Assembly (NCBI GenBank): GCA_021802505.1
Contig: JAJZXE010000004.1
Location: 1-48,187, forward strand
DNA length: 48,187 nucleotides
Direction of reading: 5' to 3'
Source of the DNA: Nanobdellota archaeon
Lineage (GTDB): Archaea > Nanobdellota > Nanobdellia > Parvarchaeales > Parvarchaeaceae
A program made the position numbers and the translations under genes. Numbering within the stretch: position 1 is the stretch's first letter; each line of letters opens with the position of its first letter. A model generated the notes under the pieces. It ran no database searches, had not been told where the DNA came from, and saw only the letters and a program-made list of their open reading frames with translations. This document shows positions 17,572-25,973 of this stretch, one piece after another.

Positions 17572-17852
17572 ATTTTACCCCCCTTTACCCGTTCTTCTTC
17601 CAGAACACGGTTATCCTTTGTTTTCACCAGAGCCAGGCAGACCGCCAGACTCCTGCCAACCGGCGTAAACTGTAATGGCACCCCTTTTTGCTCTGATGAA
17701 CCACATGTGATTATCTCTAGTGCTTTAAGCTTCCTTATGGTGCGCCAGAAAGAAGTCCTTGAAAAGTGCTGTTCCTGCATCAGGATAGATATAATTTTGT
17801 CAGCACAGCTAGCTTCTACACGCAGAAGATCTATAAGAGTGGTTTTTATCTC
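17559..17852 (-). pseudogene. winged-helix DNA-binding protein, apparently lacking a usable start codon (possibly 5'-truncated)
   Basis: The open frame reads EIKTTLIDLLRVEASCADKIISILMQEQHFSRTSFWRTIRKLKALEIITCGSS..., which is wHTH-like. The only ATG (17780) lies inside helix 2. There is no ATG, GTG or TTG between the upstream TGA (17853-17855) and that ATG. Confidence 0.4.
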
Positions 17853-17905
17853 TCAGGTTAAGAGTACTGTCCGAGAATTTTATCAGTGAGTTAAATATAT
17901 CGGTC

Positions 17906-18121
17906 TTACTGGTACCGGCGGAGCCCTCTCCTCAGTGCTGTATCTGCATCTCTGCCGGTTAAGGCGATGCTGCCTGCGAGAGTGGCTTTTTCTCCGATTT
18001 TTTTATTATCAAATCCCATACGTGTATAGTGGCGGGATGTTCTATATAAACGTTTTGTATCAAGATTGTGGTACATGCCTGCAGGTACATTATTGAGATT
18101 AGGAGTCACTGCATATAACAC
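17906..18121 (-). CDS. hypothetical basic protein adjacent to tRNA-Val
   Basis: 71-aa ORF whose GTG start is 12 nt from the tRNA 3' end. No convincing recombinase motif. Confidence 0.25.
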   Translation of the reverse strand: MLYAVTPNLNNVPAGMYHNLDTKRLYRTSRHYTRMGFDNKKIGEKATLAGSIALTGRDADTALRRGLRRYQ

Positions 18122-18132
18122 CCAAAGTTAAA

Positions 18133-18205
18133 TGGGCCCAGGGAGATTCGAACTCCCGGCCTTCTGCGTGTAAGGCAGACGTCATAACCACTAGACCATA
18201 GGCCC
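18133..18205 (-). tRNA. tRNA-Val (anticodon TAC)
   Basis: The reverse complement folds by hand. Acceptor GGGCCTA/TGGGCCC, anticodon stem TCTGC/GCAGA, loop CTTACAC, T arm GGGAG-TTCGAAT-CTCCC, discriminator A. Confidence 0.85.
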
Positions 18206-18259
18206 ATAGGAATGATAATATGCTAAAGTTATTTAAATAATTATAAATCACTAAATAGA

Positions 18260-18793
18260 ATGCAAAGGAAACTTTCTGCAGTCATATCCGATTTCGACGA
18301 TACTCTGTTCTTCAATGATAAATGTATAAAGGCGGCTTCTTTGGAGGTATTAGGCAAGGAACTTACGGCGCGTGAGCTAAAAACGGTTGATAGGGCGGAT
18401 AAAAGCAGAATCTATTCCGTCGCTTACTCCAAACACGCGGATAAATTGACGCCGAACTACTCCGTTCTTAGCTATCTGCGAAAAATGCATGGTCTGGGTT
18501 ATGATATCATAATCATGAGCGCCAGGGGGGAAGAGCACAGAGAAATAACCAAGGAAATGCTGAGCAATGAAGGCATACTCTACGAAGATGTGATACTTCC
18601 GCGGGACCACTCCATTCCGGATCAGGAATGGAAATTGAAAGAACTTAAAAAACTATCAAAAAAATACGATGAGCTTATCTTTTTGGAGGATAAACTGGAG
18701 AATATATCCTACATAATGAAAAGGTACAAGTATTATAATACGGCGTTTTACCTGGTCAAGGATTCGCTTTTGATATACCAGAGCAAAAAATAA
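18260..18793 (+). CDS. HAD-superfamily hydrolase/phosphatase
   Basis: Motif I ISDFDDTLF (DxDxT), motif II-like IIMSARG, and an acidic motif FLEDK near the C-terminus. Confidence 0.65.
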   Translation: MQRKLSAVISDFDDTLFFNDKCIKAASLEVLGKELTARELKTVDRADKSRIYSVAYSKHADKLTPNYSVLSYLRKMHGLGYDIIIMSARGEEHREITKEMLSNEGILYEDVILPRDHSIPDQEWKLKELKKLSKKYDELIFLEDKLENISYIMKRYKYYNTAFYLVKDSLLIYQSKK

Positions 18794-18852
18794 TAATGTT
18801 TTTGGTGCAGTAAACCTTTTTATTGTCTGTTCAATTTAATCATTTGTTTAAA

Positions 18853-18926
18853 GGGCTCGTAGCTTAACTCGGTAGAGCATCCGGCTCTTAACCGGATTGT
18901 TGCGGGTTCAAATCCCGTCGAGCCCA
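18853..18926 (+). tRNA. tRNA-Lys (anticodon CTT)
   Basis: Folded by hand. Acceptor GGGCTCG/CGAGCCC, D stem GCTT/GAGC, anticodon stem TCCGG/CCGGA, loop CTCTTAA, T arm GCGGG-TTCAAAT-CCCGT, discriminator A. Confidence 0.9.
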
Positions 18927-19170
18927 CACTATGTGCGGGGTAATGCCATCTCCGAGAAATTTGATTACTTCTTGTAAAAAAGTAAGTTTATACCTTTCAT
19001 TTTCTTTTTTAAAGTACAGTAACGTATGGGAAAAGGAACTGGTTTAATATCTGAGCTAATCCTCGCCATCGTAACATTAATCATAATTCCCAGCTTTTTA
19101 ACTATTTTGGGATGTCCTACCAAAACACTCAAGCTTTTAACATAGGAATGTCTAATAATACCTATAAAAA

Positions 19171-19443
19171 ATGGAAACAGATAGAGATATAACTAGAATA
19201 TCATTAACCACCGTCTTTGTTATAGCTGCATTGATTATTGTAATTGTAGGCTGGGCTTTTAACATTAACTTCGGGTTATTGGGCACGATAGCCTGGATAT
19301 TCCTCGTAATCATAGCCATTATTCTTGTAATATACTTTGTAGGGGGGATATTGGGTTGGCTGATACTTATAGCTATTATAGTCTTATCTATACTGTTTTT
19401 CTTATTCCATGTCTTAGTCACGGTGTTTGGCGTGACGCTTTAA
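19171..19443 (+). CDS. small hydrophobic membrane protein (hypothetical)
   Basis: 90-aa ORF that is almost entirely hydrophobic. An equally long antisense ORF exists (19152-19421), so the strand is uncertain. Confidence 0.3.
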   Translation: METDRDITRISLTTVFVIAALIIVIVGWAFNINFGLLGTIAWIFLVIIAIILVIYFVGGILGWLILIAIIVLSILFFLFHVLVTVFGVTL

Positions 19444-19642
19444 GATTACAATACACCCACCGTCGAAACTGGTTTGGGGATTTACTGGGATATTAAAGCC
19501 GCCGATGTCATTAGCACAACTCTTCTTATAAAAGAATATTGGCCATAATTTACAGTTTTAGCATCAAATACAGTTTATAAACTTGTATCAGTGCCGTTTC
19601 AAAGATGCTTTTAAGCGAATCCCAGATAAATTATTTATGAAG

Positions 19643-20131
19643 TTATAATTTTAATATCATTCTTATTTCTTTGCCGCGATTTTTGTCTTTACTCACCGGT
19701 TTAAATCCCGCACTTTTGTACATCCTGATGCTTCTCTTATTATAATCCGATATTCCAGAAACTTTCATTTCTTTCCATCCTGAGCGCTTAGCCTTTTTAA
19801 TCAGGATTTTCAATGCATCCAACCCTATCCCTTTTCCCCAATACCTTGGCAGACCTATTGTTATCGGAGTGCTCGTTTTTGTCATGCTGGCATCACCGAC
19901 AGGTATCCAATTCCTTCCTTTTTTGATTTCAATGATATACATCTTTCCGTCACTGGTCAAATACTTATGCATTCTTTTTATGACAGGTTCATCATACGGC
20001 CTGGTATGTCCTTCAGAATAGTATAAAACCTTCTTGTTGTTATACCACTCCAACATTTTATGTATGTCCCTAGATAATCTGATTTGTCGGAGTCTTACGG
20101 TATAACGACTAGCAGTAGCCTCCTTTTCCAT
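19643..20131 (-). CDS. GNAT-family N-acetyltransferase
   Basis: Acetyl-CoA-binding motif RYWGKGIGLDALKILIKKAK, and ...NKRSIRMYKSAGF. Confidence 0.8.
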   Translation of the reverse strand: MEKEATASRYTVRLRQIRLSRDIHKMLEWYNNKKVLYYSEGHTRPYDEPVIKRMHKYLTSDGKMYIIEIKKGRNWIPVGDASMTKTSTPITIGLPRYWGKGIGLDALKILIKKAKRSGWKEMKVSGISDYNKRSIRMYKSAGFKPVSKDKNRGKEIRMILKL

Positions 20132-20286
20132 AGTAATTATTTAAATCGTCAAGATAAAAACAGTGCCATTTTTTGGCGACAGCATTATCAGCCGACTTCT
20201 TTACGGCGGATAATGTCCCTAAATCATGGAAGCTGTTTAAACTTTTTCGAACAAACTTATTAATCTTTGAAAAAAGAGAGAATATT

Positions 20287-21042
20287 ATGCAATTGCAGAA
20301 TTTTTTCATCAGACACGCAAATGAATACTCCAGGAGCGAGGGCCACATGCACGGGAAAGATCTGGACTTATTGGTAAGCCTGCTGGATTTAAAGAAGGAC
20401 TATAAGGCTTTGGACGTCGGAACCGGTCCGGGTTTTGTAGCCTTTGAAATAGCGGATAAGATCTCTGTTTCGGTAGGCATGGATATAACTAATGAGATGC
20501 TGGATATCGCCGTTAAAAAATCCATTGGAAATAAAAATAAAAACCTTATTTTCGTAAGGGGCGATGCGATGGATATGCCATTTCCAAACGGTTCTTTTAA
20601 TGTTATTACCTGCAGGAGGGTAAACCATCACATTAAAAATAATGATAAATTCCTGGCGGAAGCTTTTCGCGTTCTTAACAATAACGGAATACTGGGCATA
20701 ACCGATTTACTGAAACCTATCAGCGATAAGAAGGATGTATTCAATAAATTGGAGAAGGCGAGAGATGCGACTTATGTCGGTTCCAGCTCCCTGGATGACT
20801 GGTTTAAACTCTTAAAACAAAACGGTTTTACCATTGATACATTCAGGACGTTTGAAATGGTCGAAACATTTGAATCGTGGCTGTCACCGTTAAATGTCGG
20901 TTCACAGGCAGGCAAGAGAGCTAGAAATTTGATCAAGAAGAATATCAAATACTTCAAAGAAGTTTTTAATTATGATGAAAAATCGGATTCATTCAAAAAG
21001 TATAGAATGGTGATAATTGCGAAAAAAGGCCCAGAAAAATAA
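20287..21042 (+). CDS. class I SAM-dependent methyltransferase (Methyltransf_11/UbiE-like)
   Basis: Motif I LDVGTGPGF, and post-I/II FVRGDAMDMPFPNGSFNVI. ATG 20287 is preferred to the TTG at 20173. Confidence 0.8.
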   Translation: MQLQNFFIRHANEYSRSEGHMHGKDLDLLVSLLDLKKDYKALDVGTGPGFVAFEIADKISVSVGMDITNEMLDIAVKKSIGNKNKNLIFVRGDAMDMPFPNGSFNVITCRRVNHHIKNNDKFLAEAFRVLNNNGILGITDLLKPISDKKDVFNKLEKARDATYVGSSSLDDWFKLLKQNGFTIDTFRTFEMVETFESWLSPLNVGSQAGKRARNLIKKNIKYFKEVFNYDEKSDSFKKYRMVIIAKKGPEK

Positions 21043-21095
21043 ATACACCCCAATTAATACTCCATATTTATATAGTTTAAACGTTTTTCCTGATT

Positions 21096-21773
21096 ATGGT
21101 TGACTACGTTATCAACGGAGAGGATATTCAATATCTGAATGTCGGATTGAAATTCGGAGAATCAGTCTTTATAGAGCCGGGTCACTTAATTTTTAAGGAG
21201 CCGTCCGTAAATCTTGATATCAGTGCAGGCGGGCTTAAGGGGGCCTTTTCACACCTGCTTGCAGGCTCTGCGGTTTTTCTGCTTAAAGTGGATGGGCCAG
21301 GGTCTTTTGCTTCCGCAGGGTTTTTACCAGGCAAAGTCATTGAAATCGATTTAAACGGAAGCGGTATAATTGCGGAATTTAATTCTTTTTTGTGCATGGA
21401 CAGCAGTATCTCCTATTCAAGTAAATTTGCCGGCGTTTTCCAGGCGTTTTTAGGGGGAGAAGGAATCTTCCTGGAAGAATTTACGGGTACAGGTAAACTG
21501 TTTCTGCATGGTCATGGCAGGGTTATACAGATGGATTTAAAAGACGGGGAGTATATTCAGGCAGAAGCGAGCCATATACTTGCATTTGATGCGGGTATGC
21601 AGTATTCTGTCAAGAAAATCGGCAATTTAAAAACGACCGTTTTGGCAGGATTAGAAGGAGAAGGTCTATTTTTTGCGGAAATACACGGACCCGGCAAGGT
21701 CTGGCTGCACACAATATCGCTGGTCCAATTGGCGGCGAAATTAAGTGTTAGATCAGGCGGTAACAGGATCTAA
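21096..21773 (+). CDS. AIM24/DUF124 (TIGR00266-like) family protein
   Basis: Repeated beta-rich pattern ...GEGIFLEEFTGTGKLFLHGHG... and ...GEGLFFAEIHGPGKVWLHT..., typical of this family. Confidence 0.7.
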   Translation: MVDYVINGEDIQYLNVGLKFGESVFIEPGHLIFKEPSVNLDISAGGLKGAFSHLLAGSAVFLLKVDGPGSFASAGFLPGKVIEIDLNGSGIIAEFNSFLCMDSSISYSSKFAGVFQAFLGGEGIFLEEFTGTGKLFLHGHGRVIQMDLKDGEYIQAEASHILAFDAGMQYSVKKIGNLKTTVLAGLEGEGLFFAEIHGPGKVWLHTISLVQLAAKLSVRSGGNRI

Positions 21774-21782
21774 GATTTTTCA

Positions 21783-22691
21783 TTGCCTATGATAATCGCT
21801 TTGTTAAGTTCGGAAAAGATTCCAGATGACAAGCTGCACAGGCTAATTTCGAAAAAGCTTGATTTGATAAACAACGTACAGATATGCAGCAATAAAAAAG
21901 GGGATATCCTGCTTTATCCTACGGATTTTCCAAATTCGATAGTTTCGCTGCTTAACATTCTTTCCGTTTCAGATAAGGTTATGCTGTGTGTTAACAGTCA
22001 AATAACCGCATTGGACGCAGAGCTGGTTTTAGCGGTTGAAAATTCGGATTTAGGCGGAATAGTTTTAAAGGATGAGTATTCGGACATAACTTCTTTTGAC
22101 AGATTTTTCAAGGGGTATAGGATAACGGATTTTAAGAAAGTCGGTTTATCCGAGGAATACTCATTCGAAAACGAGTACAAAACAAGGAATTTCAAATACG
22201 TTTCTATAGATAAACACTTCATAGTCAAGGGGATAGGCTCTGTCTTAATCGGTTTTGTTTTAGGCGACACCGTAAAAAAAGGGGAAAAGCTCCTTTTGCT
22301 TCCGTCCTTGAAAGCATGTACTATAAAGAGTATACAGGTAATGGATGTGGACAGATCGGAAGCTGAAGGAGGAACGCATGTCGGGCTGGCATTAAATAAT
22401 GTCTCAGAAGAGGATCTTTCAAACAATTACGCGGTTTCATCCTTCCGGGAACTAGAACAGGTTTACAACGTTTCGCTGCATATTTCTCCCTTTTACAAGG
22501 AAGATATCTTCTCCAAACAGTTATCCTTCTCTTTTTTCGGGGAGAATATTCCCGTGTCTCTAACAAATGAAAACGGGATTACACGGGCCAGATTCAATAA
22601 AAAGATACCGTCAATAAAAGGAAGATACCCGGTAGCGGATGCCAGTTTATCAATAGGCAAAAACAGGATAGCGGGCAGTATAACTCTCTAG
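21783..22691 (+). CDS. translation-factor (EF-Tu/SelB)-like protein with degenerate G domain
   Basis: The central segment FIVKGIGSVLIGFVLGDTVKKGEKLLLLP...IKSIQV...AEGGTHVGLAL resembles the EF-Tu domain 2 beta-barrel. The N-domain aligns by eye to a G domain but lacks the P-loop (IIALLSSEKIPDD), DxxG and NKxD. Confidence 0.5.
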   Translation: MPMIIALLSSEKIPDDKLHRLISKKLDLINNVQICSNKKGDILLYPTDFPNSIVSLLNILSVSDKVMLCVNSQITALDAELVLAVENSDLGGIVLKDEYSDITSFDRFFKGYRITDFKKVGLSEEYSFENEYKTRNFKYVSIDKHFIVKGIGSVLIGFVLGDTVKKGEKLLLLPSLKACTIKSIQVMDVDRSEAEGGTHVGLALNNVSEEDLSNNYAVSSFRELEQVYNVSLHISPFYKEDIFSKQLSFSFFGENIPVSLTNENGITRARFNKKIPSIKGRYPVADASLSIGKNRIAGSITL

Positions 22692-23614
22692 AGTATATCA
22701 GGTACTTTTTTCAGTTGTTTGTAGTATTCGTACGCGGCTTTTATTCCGTCTTTTATTTTAACGGAAGGCGAAAATCCGAGGATTTCCCTGCTTTTTGCCG
22801 TGTCTGCCTCTACGACATCGACATAGTTTTTAAGCGGGTTTTCTATATTCTTTCTTTTTATTTTTCTCTGCATAATATCCTCTACCATTCCGATTATCTC
22901 ATTGAAGGTGTAGGATTTCCCGTTTCCCACGTTGAATATTCCGTTTTCGCCGCTTTTTGCCGCGATAATATTGGCGGAAACAACATCCCCCACATTGATC
23001 AAATCCCTCCTCTGGGATCCATCCCCGTATATTATTAATTCTTTGTCCAAAAGGCCTTTCCATATGATCTGGGAAACCATATTGGCAAATTTCCCCTTGC
23101 TTTCCTCCTTGTCACCGTATACGCTGAAATACCTTAATCCGCAGTACTTTAAGCCGTACATCTGGTTAAATAAATCCGCAAATCTTTCCATAGGATACCT
23201 CGCCTCTGTGTAAAAATCCTTTACCTTAGGGAACATGGTTTCAGTATGCGGCGGCGGGTATCCGTTGTATATGGAAGAGCTCGAAGCAAACACCAATTTG
23301 CAGTCGTTCTTTACACAGTATTCAAGAATGGAAATAAAATCGGATATCGCCTTCCCCATAAGCTCGGGATCCTCTCTGTACATGGGGCTGGAGGAGTAGA
23401 TCCCCTCGTGAAAAACTACATCGGCTTTTCCTTCGGTTTTTATTGAAGATGCATTTTTTTGTACAAATTTTATCTTTTCAGATATCTTTTTCAGATTTTT
23501 TTTGTCGCCGGTGTGAAGATTGTCGATAACCGTTACGGAATAACCCTCGTTTACGAGTCTTTCAGCGATATGCGAACCTATGAATCCAGCACCGCCGGTT
23601 ACAATTGCCTTCAT
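22688..23614 (-). CDS. NAD-dependent nucleotide-sugar epimerase/dehydratase (extended SDR)
   Basis: N-terminus MKAIVTGGAGFIGSH. 308 aa. Confidence 0.9.
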   Translation of the reverse strand: MKAIVTGGAGFIGSHIAERLVNEGYSVTVIDNLHTGDKKNLKKISEKIKFVQKNASSIKTEGKADVVFHEGIYSSSPMYREDPELMGKAISDFISILEYCVKNDCKLVFASSSSIYNGYPPPHTETMFPKVKDFYTEARYPMERFADLFNQMYGLKYCGLRYFSVYGDKEESKGKFANMVSQIIWKGLLDKELIIYGDGSQRRDLINVGDVVSANIIAAKSGENGIFNVGNGKSYTFNEIIGMVEDIMQRKIKRKNIENPLKNYVDVVEADTAKSREILGFSPSVKIKDGIKAAYEYYKQLKKVPDIL

Positions 23615-23652
23615 GATAAATCTAAATATTTTGCATATTTAAAGATAAACTG

Positions 23653-24342
23653 TCAGTTCTCCCTGAGATAACTCTCCAGATCTTCCGCGTTTATCATCGG
23701 CTTTTTTACCTTATTCATGTCATCTATCGCAATCCTCTGGCAGGCCGTGCTTACAAATGCGTCTATGTCCCTGAATTCATTCAGTCTTTCAAAATTTACC
23801 TCATCGGCAATAACGGAATAGACTTTTTTCCCGTCTTTCTTAAGTTTTTCTTTCAGCAGTTTAGACCCGTAAGTCTGTCCCGCTTTTGTGGATTCCACAA
23901 ACATCACCTTTTTTGCGGTGATAACCGCGCCTATCCCCTGCATTATCCTTTTTTTGTATTTTTCCGCGGCCCCCGCGTCTATCACCTCTATATTCTCTGT
24001 TTCCGGGTCGGCAGTGATTACCGTTTTTCCGTATTTTAACGGTATACCCAGAACATGGAACATCCCCTGTTCAAATGCCAGTGTTGCATCACAGTCGCTG
24101 CAATCCGCGGCATAGACATCGCAGCCGAGTATCTGTCCGGGATACATGGCCCTGTAGAGCGATTGTTTTACAACGAATTCCTTATCTTTAATCCTGCTTT
24201 TGAAATCATTCATCTGGTCGATGAACTGGATAGCCGCGACAAGATTTATTTTTTTGTAGGGTTTTATCTCCGCATAGATCCTTTTTACAAATTCATCGCT
24301 GAGTTTTCCCTTAAACCTCGATTCGGCAAAAATAACTTCCAT
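23653..24342 (-). CDS. dph2: diphthamide synthesis Dph2-like protein (short form)
   Basis: PGQILGC and STACQRIAIDD correspond to the conserved GQVLGC and ACPR(V/I) regions of archaeal Dph2. Only 229 aa. An in-frame TAA 27 nt upstream of the ATG excludes an N-terminal extension. Confidence 0.65.
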   Translation of the reverse strand: MEVIFAESRFKGKLSDEFVKRIYAEIKPYKKINLVAAIQFIDQMNDFKSRIKDKEFVVKQSLYRAMYPGQILGCDVYAADCSDCDATLAFEQGMFHVLGIPLKYGKTVITADPETENIEVIDAGAAEKYKKRIMQGIGAVITAKKVMFVESTKAGQTYGSKLLKEKLKKDGKKVYSVIADEVNFERLNEFRDIDAFVSTACQRIAIDDMNKVKKPMINAEDLESYLREN

Positions 24343-24421
24343 ATCTTTTTCATCTTCAAAATCAATTATTTATATTGAATAGTAATCTATTTATAAGTAA
24401 TAGTCATATCTAATAAAGTCT

Positions 24422-24799
24422 ATGGAGATAAAAATAGTGATAAACGATCCAAAAACGGGCAAGTCTTTTAATAAGACTGTGGAAAGCGAGAAAGCGGACC
24501 AGCTGTTCGGCAAGAGAATAGGAGAGGAGCTTGATCTTTCATTTATAGGCATGGACGGATATTCCGGCAGTATAACCGGCGGAAGCTACATGACCGGCAT
24601 GCCAATGTCAAAGAATCTGGACGGTTCCGGGCTTAAAAGAGTTCTTATAGGTAAAGGGCTCGGTAATAAAACCGATGTAAGGCTAAGAAAAAGCATCGCG
24701 GGCAATACCGTCGGTCAGTTCACTTCTCAGATAAACATAAAGATATCGAAATACGGCGAAAAATCTTTGGAGCAGTTGTTTACACCTTCTAATGGTTAG
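24422..24799 (+). CDS. rps6e: 30S ribosomal protein eS6
   Basis: MEIKIVINDPKTGKSF...GMDGYSGSITGGSYMTGMPM...RLRKS matches the S6e pattern. Confidence 0.9.
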   Translation: MEIKIVINDPKTGKSFNKTVESEKADQLFGKRIGEELDLSFIGMDGYSGSITGGSYMTGMPMSKNLDGSGLKRVLIGKGLGNKTDVRLRKSIAGNTVGQFTSQINIKISKYGEKSLEQLFTPSNG

Positions 24800-25973
24800 G
24801 GATATAACGATAGATGTAGTCGGCAATTTTGCGGACGGGAAGACGACGCTTGTGAAGGCTATTACAAGCGAGTCTACTCTGAGACATAGCGAAGAAAAAA
24901 AGAGAGGGATAACCATTCGATTGGGTTACGCGCATTTTCTCATATACAAATGCAGTTCCTGCGGTTCATTCAGCAGGTATGAAAAATGCGAGGCGTGCAA
25001 TTCTAAAGCGAGTCTTTATTACAGGGTTTCGATAATAGATTCGCCTGGTCATAAGACACTCATGACCATAATGTTGAGCGGCGCCACGCTTGTAGACGGT
25101 GCGGTTTTGGTGATAGCCGCCAATCAGAAATGCCCACAGCCGCAGACTCAGGAGCATATTGAAGCGCTGCGTATAATAGGCGTTAAAAATCTGGTGGTAG
25201 CGCAGACAAAAATAGACGTGGCGGGAAAGGAAAGGGCAAAGGAAAGCTATAATGAAATAAGGGATTTTCTTTCGAAAAACGGATATGAAAATGCGAAGAT
25301 AATACCGGTATTTGCCGCGCAGAATATCAATATAACACAGCTGATGCAGGAGATTGGAAAATTCACTATCCCAGAAGAGAATGGGGACGAAAGAACAGAG
25401 GTTGTGGTCGTAAGGAGTTTTGATATAAACCGGCCAGGCACAGAGGTAGCAGAACTTAAGGGAGGTGTCATCGGTGGCGGATTGAAGTCCGGAAAACTTA
25501 AATTGGGCGATAATATAGTCATCTATCCCGGAATATTCATAAAGAATTCGTGGAAGCCCCTGAAAAGCAAGGTCACCGGCATACAAAGCGAATTCGGGGA
25601 CGAAAAATCTGCTTCGAGAGGGCTGATGGTGGGCATAGAAACAGATTTAGACCCGTCTATCGCAAGAAGAGACAATCTGGCAGGGTCTTTGGCGGTAAAG
25701 GAAGGAACCGTACCGATGTTCAAAAACAGGATATCAATTAAATACACTGCCATTTCCGGCAAGTTTGAGAAACCACTGCAAAAAGGCGAAACGGTGCTGC
25801 TTAACGTCCTGGCTTCAAAGGTTTTAGGCACCGTAGTTTCCTCCTCTTCGAACGGAGTGGTGATAAACTTGGGCGATTCGTCATTGCCTTATTTTAAAGA
25901 TGATAATGCAATATTGTCCAGAAAGATAAACAACGTCTGGACCATCGCCGGTTCCGGCAGCATCTATGACTGA
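24792..25973 (+). CDS. eif2g: translation initiation factor aIF2 gamma subunit (divergent G motifs)
   Basis: G1 VGNFADGKTTL, RGITI, zinc knuckle CSSCGS...CEACNS, G3 DSPGH, G4 QTKID, plus domains II/III. The ATG overlaps the rps6e stop. Confidence 0.9.
   Translation: MVRDITIDVVGNFADGKTTLVKAITSESTLRHSEEKKRGITIRLGYAHFLIYKCSSCGSFSRYEKCEACNSKASLYYRVSIIDSPGHKTLMTIMLSGATLVDGAVLVIAANQKCPQPQTQEHIEALRIIGVKNLVVAQTKIDVAGKERAKESYNEIRDFLSKNGYENAKIIPVFAAQNINITQLMQEIGKFTIPEENGDERTEVVVVRSFDINRPGTEVAELKGGVIGGGLKSGKLKLGDNIVIYPGIFIKNSWKPLKSKVTGIQSEFGDEKSASRGLMVGIETDLDPSIARRDNLAGSLAVKEGTVPMFKNRISIKYTAISGKFEKPLQKGETVLLNVLASKVLGTVVSSSSNGVVINLGDSSLPYFKDDNAILSRKINNVWTIAGSGSIYD

Larger units (their letters stand above)
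16690..18132. mobile_element. putative decayed integrated element or genomic islet abutting the 3' end of tRNA-Val
   Basis: Visibly higher G+C: line 17581-17640 is 30/60 against 20/60 for line 27541-27600. Contains a compact string of overlapping small minus-strand ORFs including a wHTH. About 360 nt of non-coding sequence lies at the distal end. No integrase recognised. Confidence 0.35.

Noticed and set aside
19455-19475. Possible att-like repeat of the tRNA-Lys 3' end downstream of the small hydrophobic ORFs
   Set aside because: Only a 7-nt match (CCGTCGA) to the tRNA-Lys acceptor/T-arm region was found, which is within chance expectation. There is no compositional shift and no mobile-element gene in 18927-19642.
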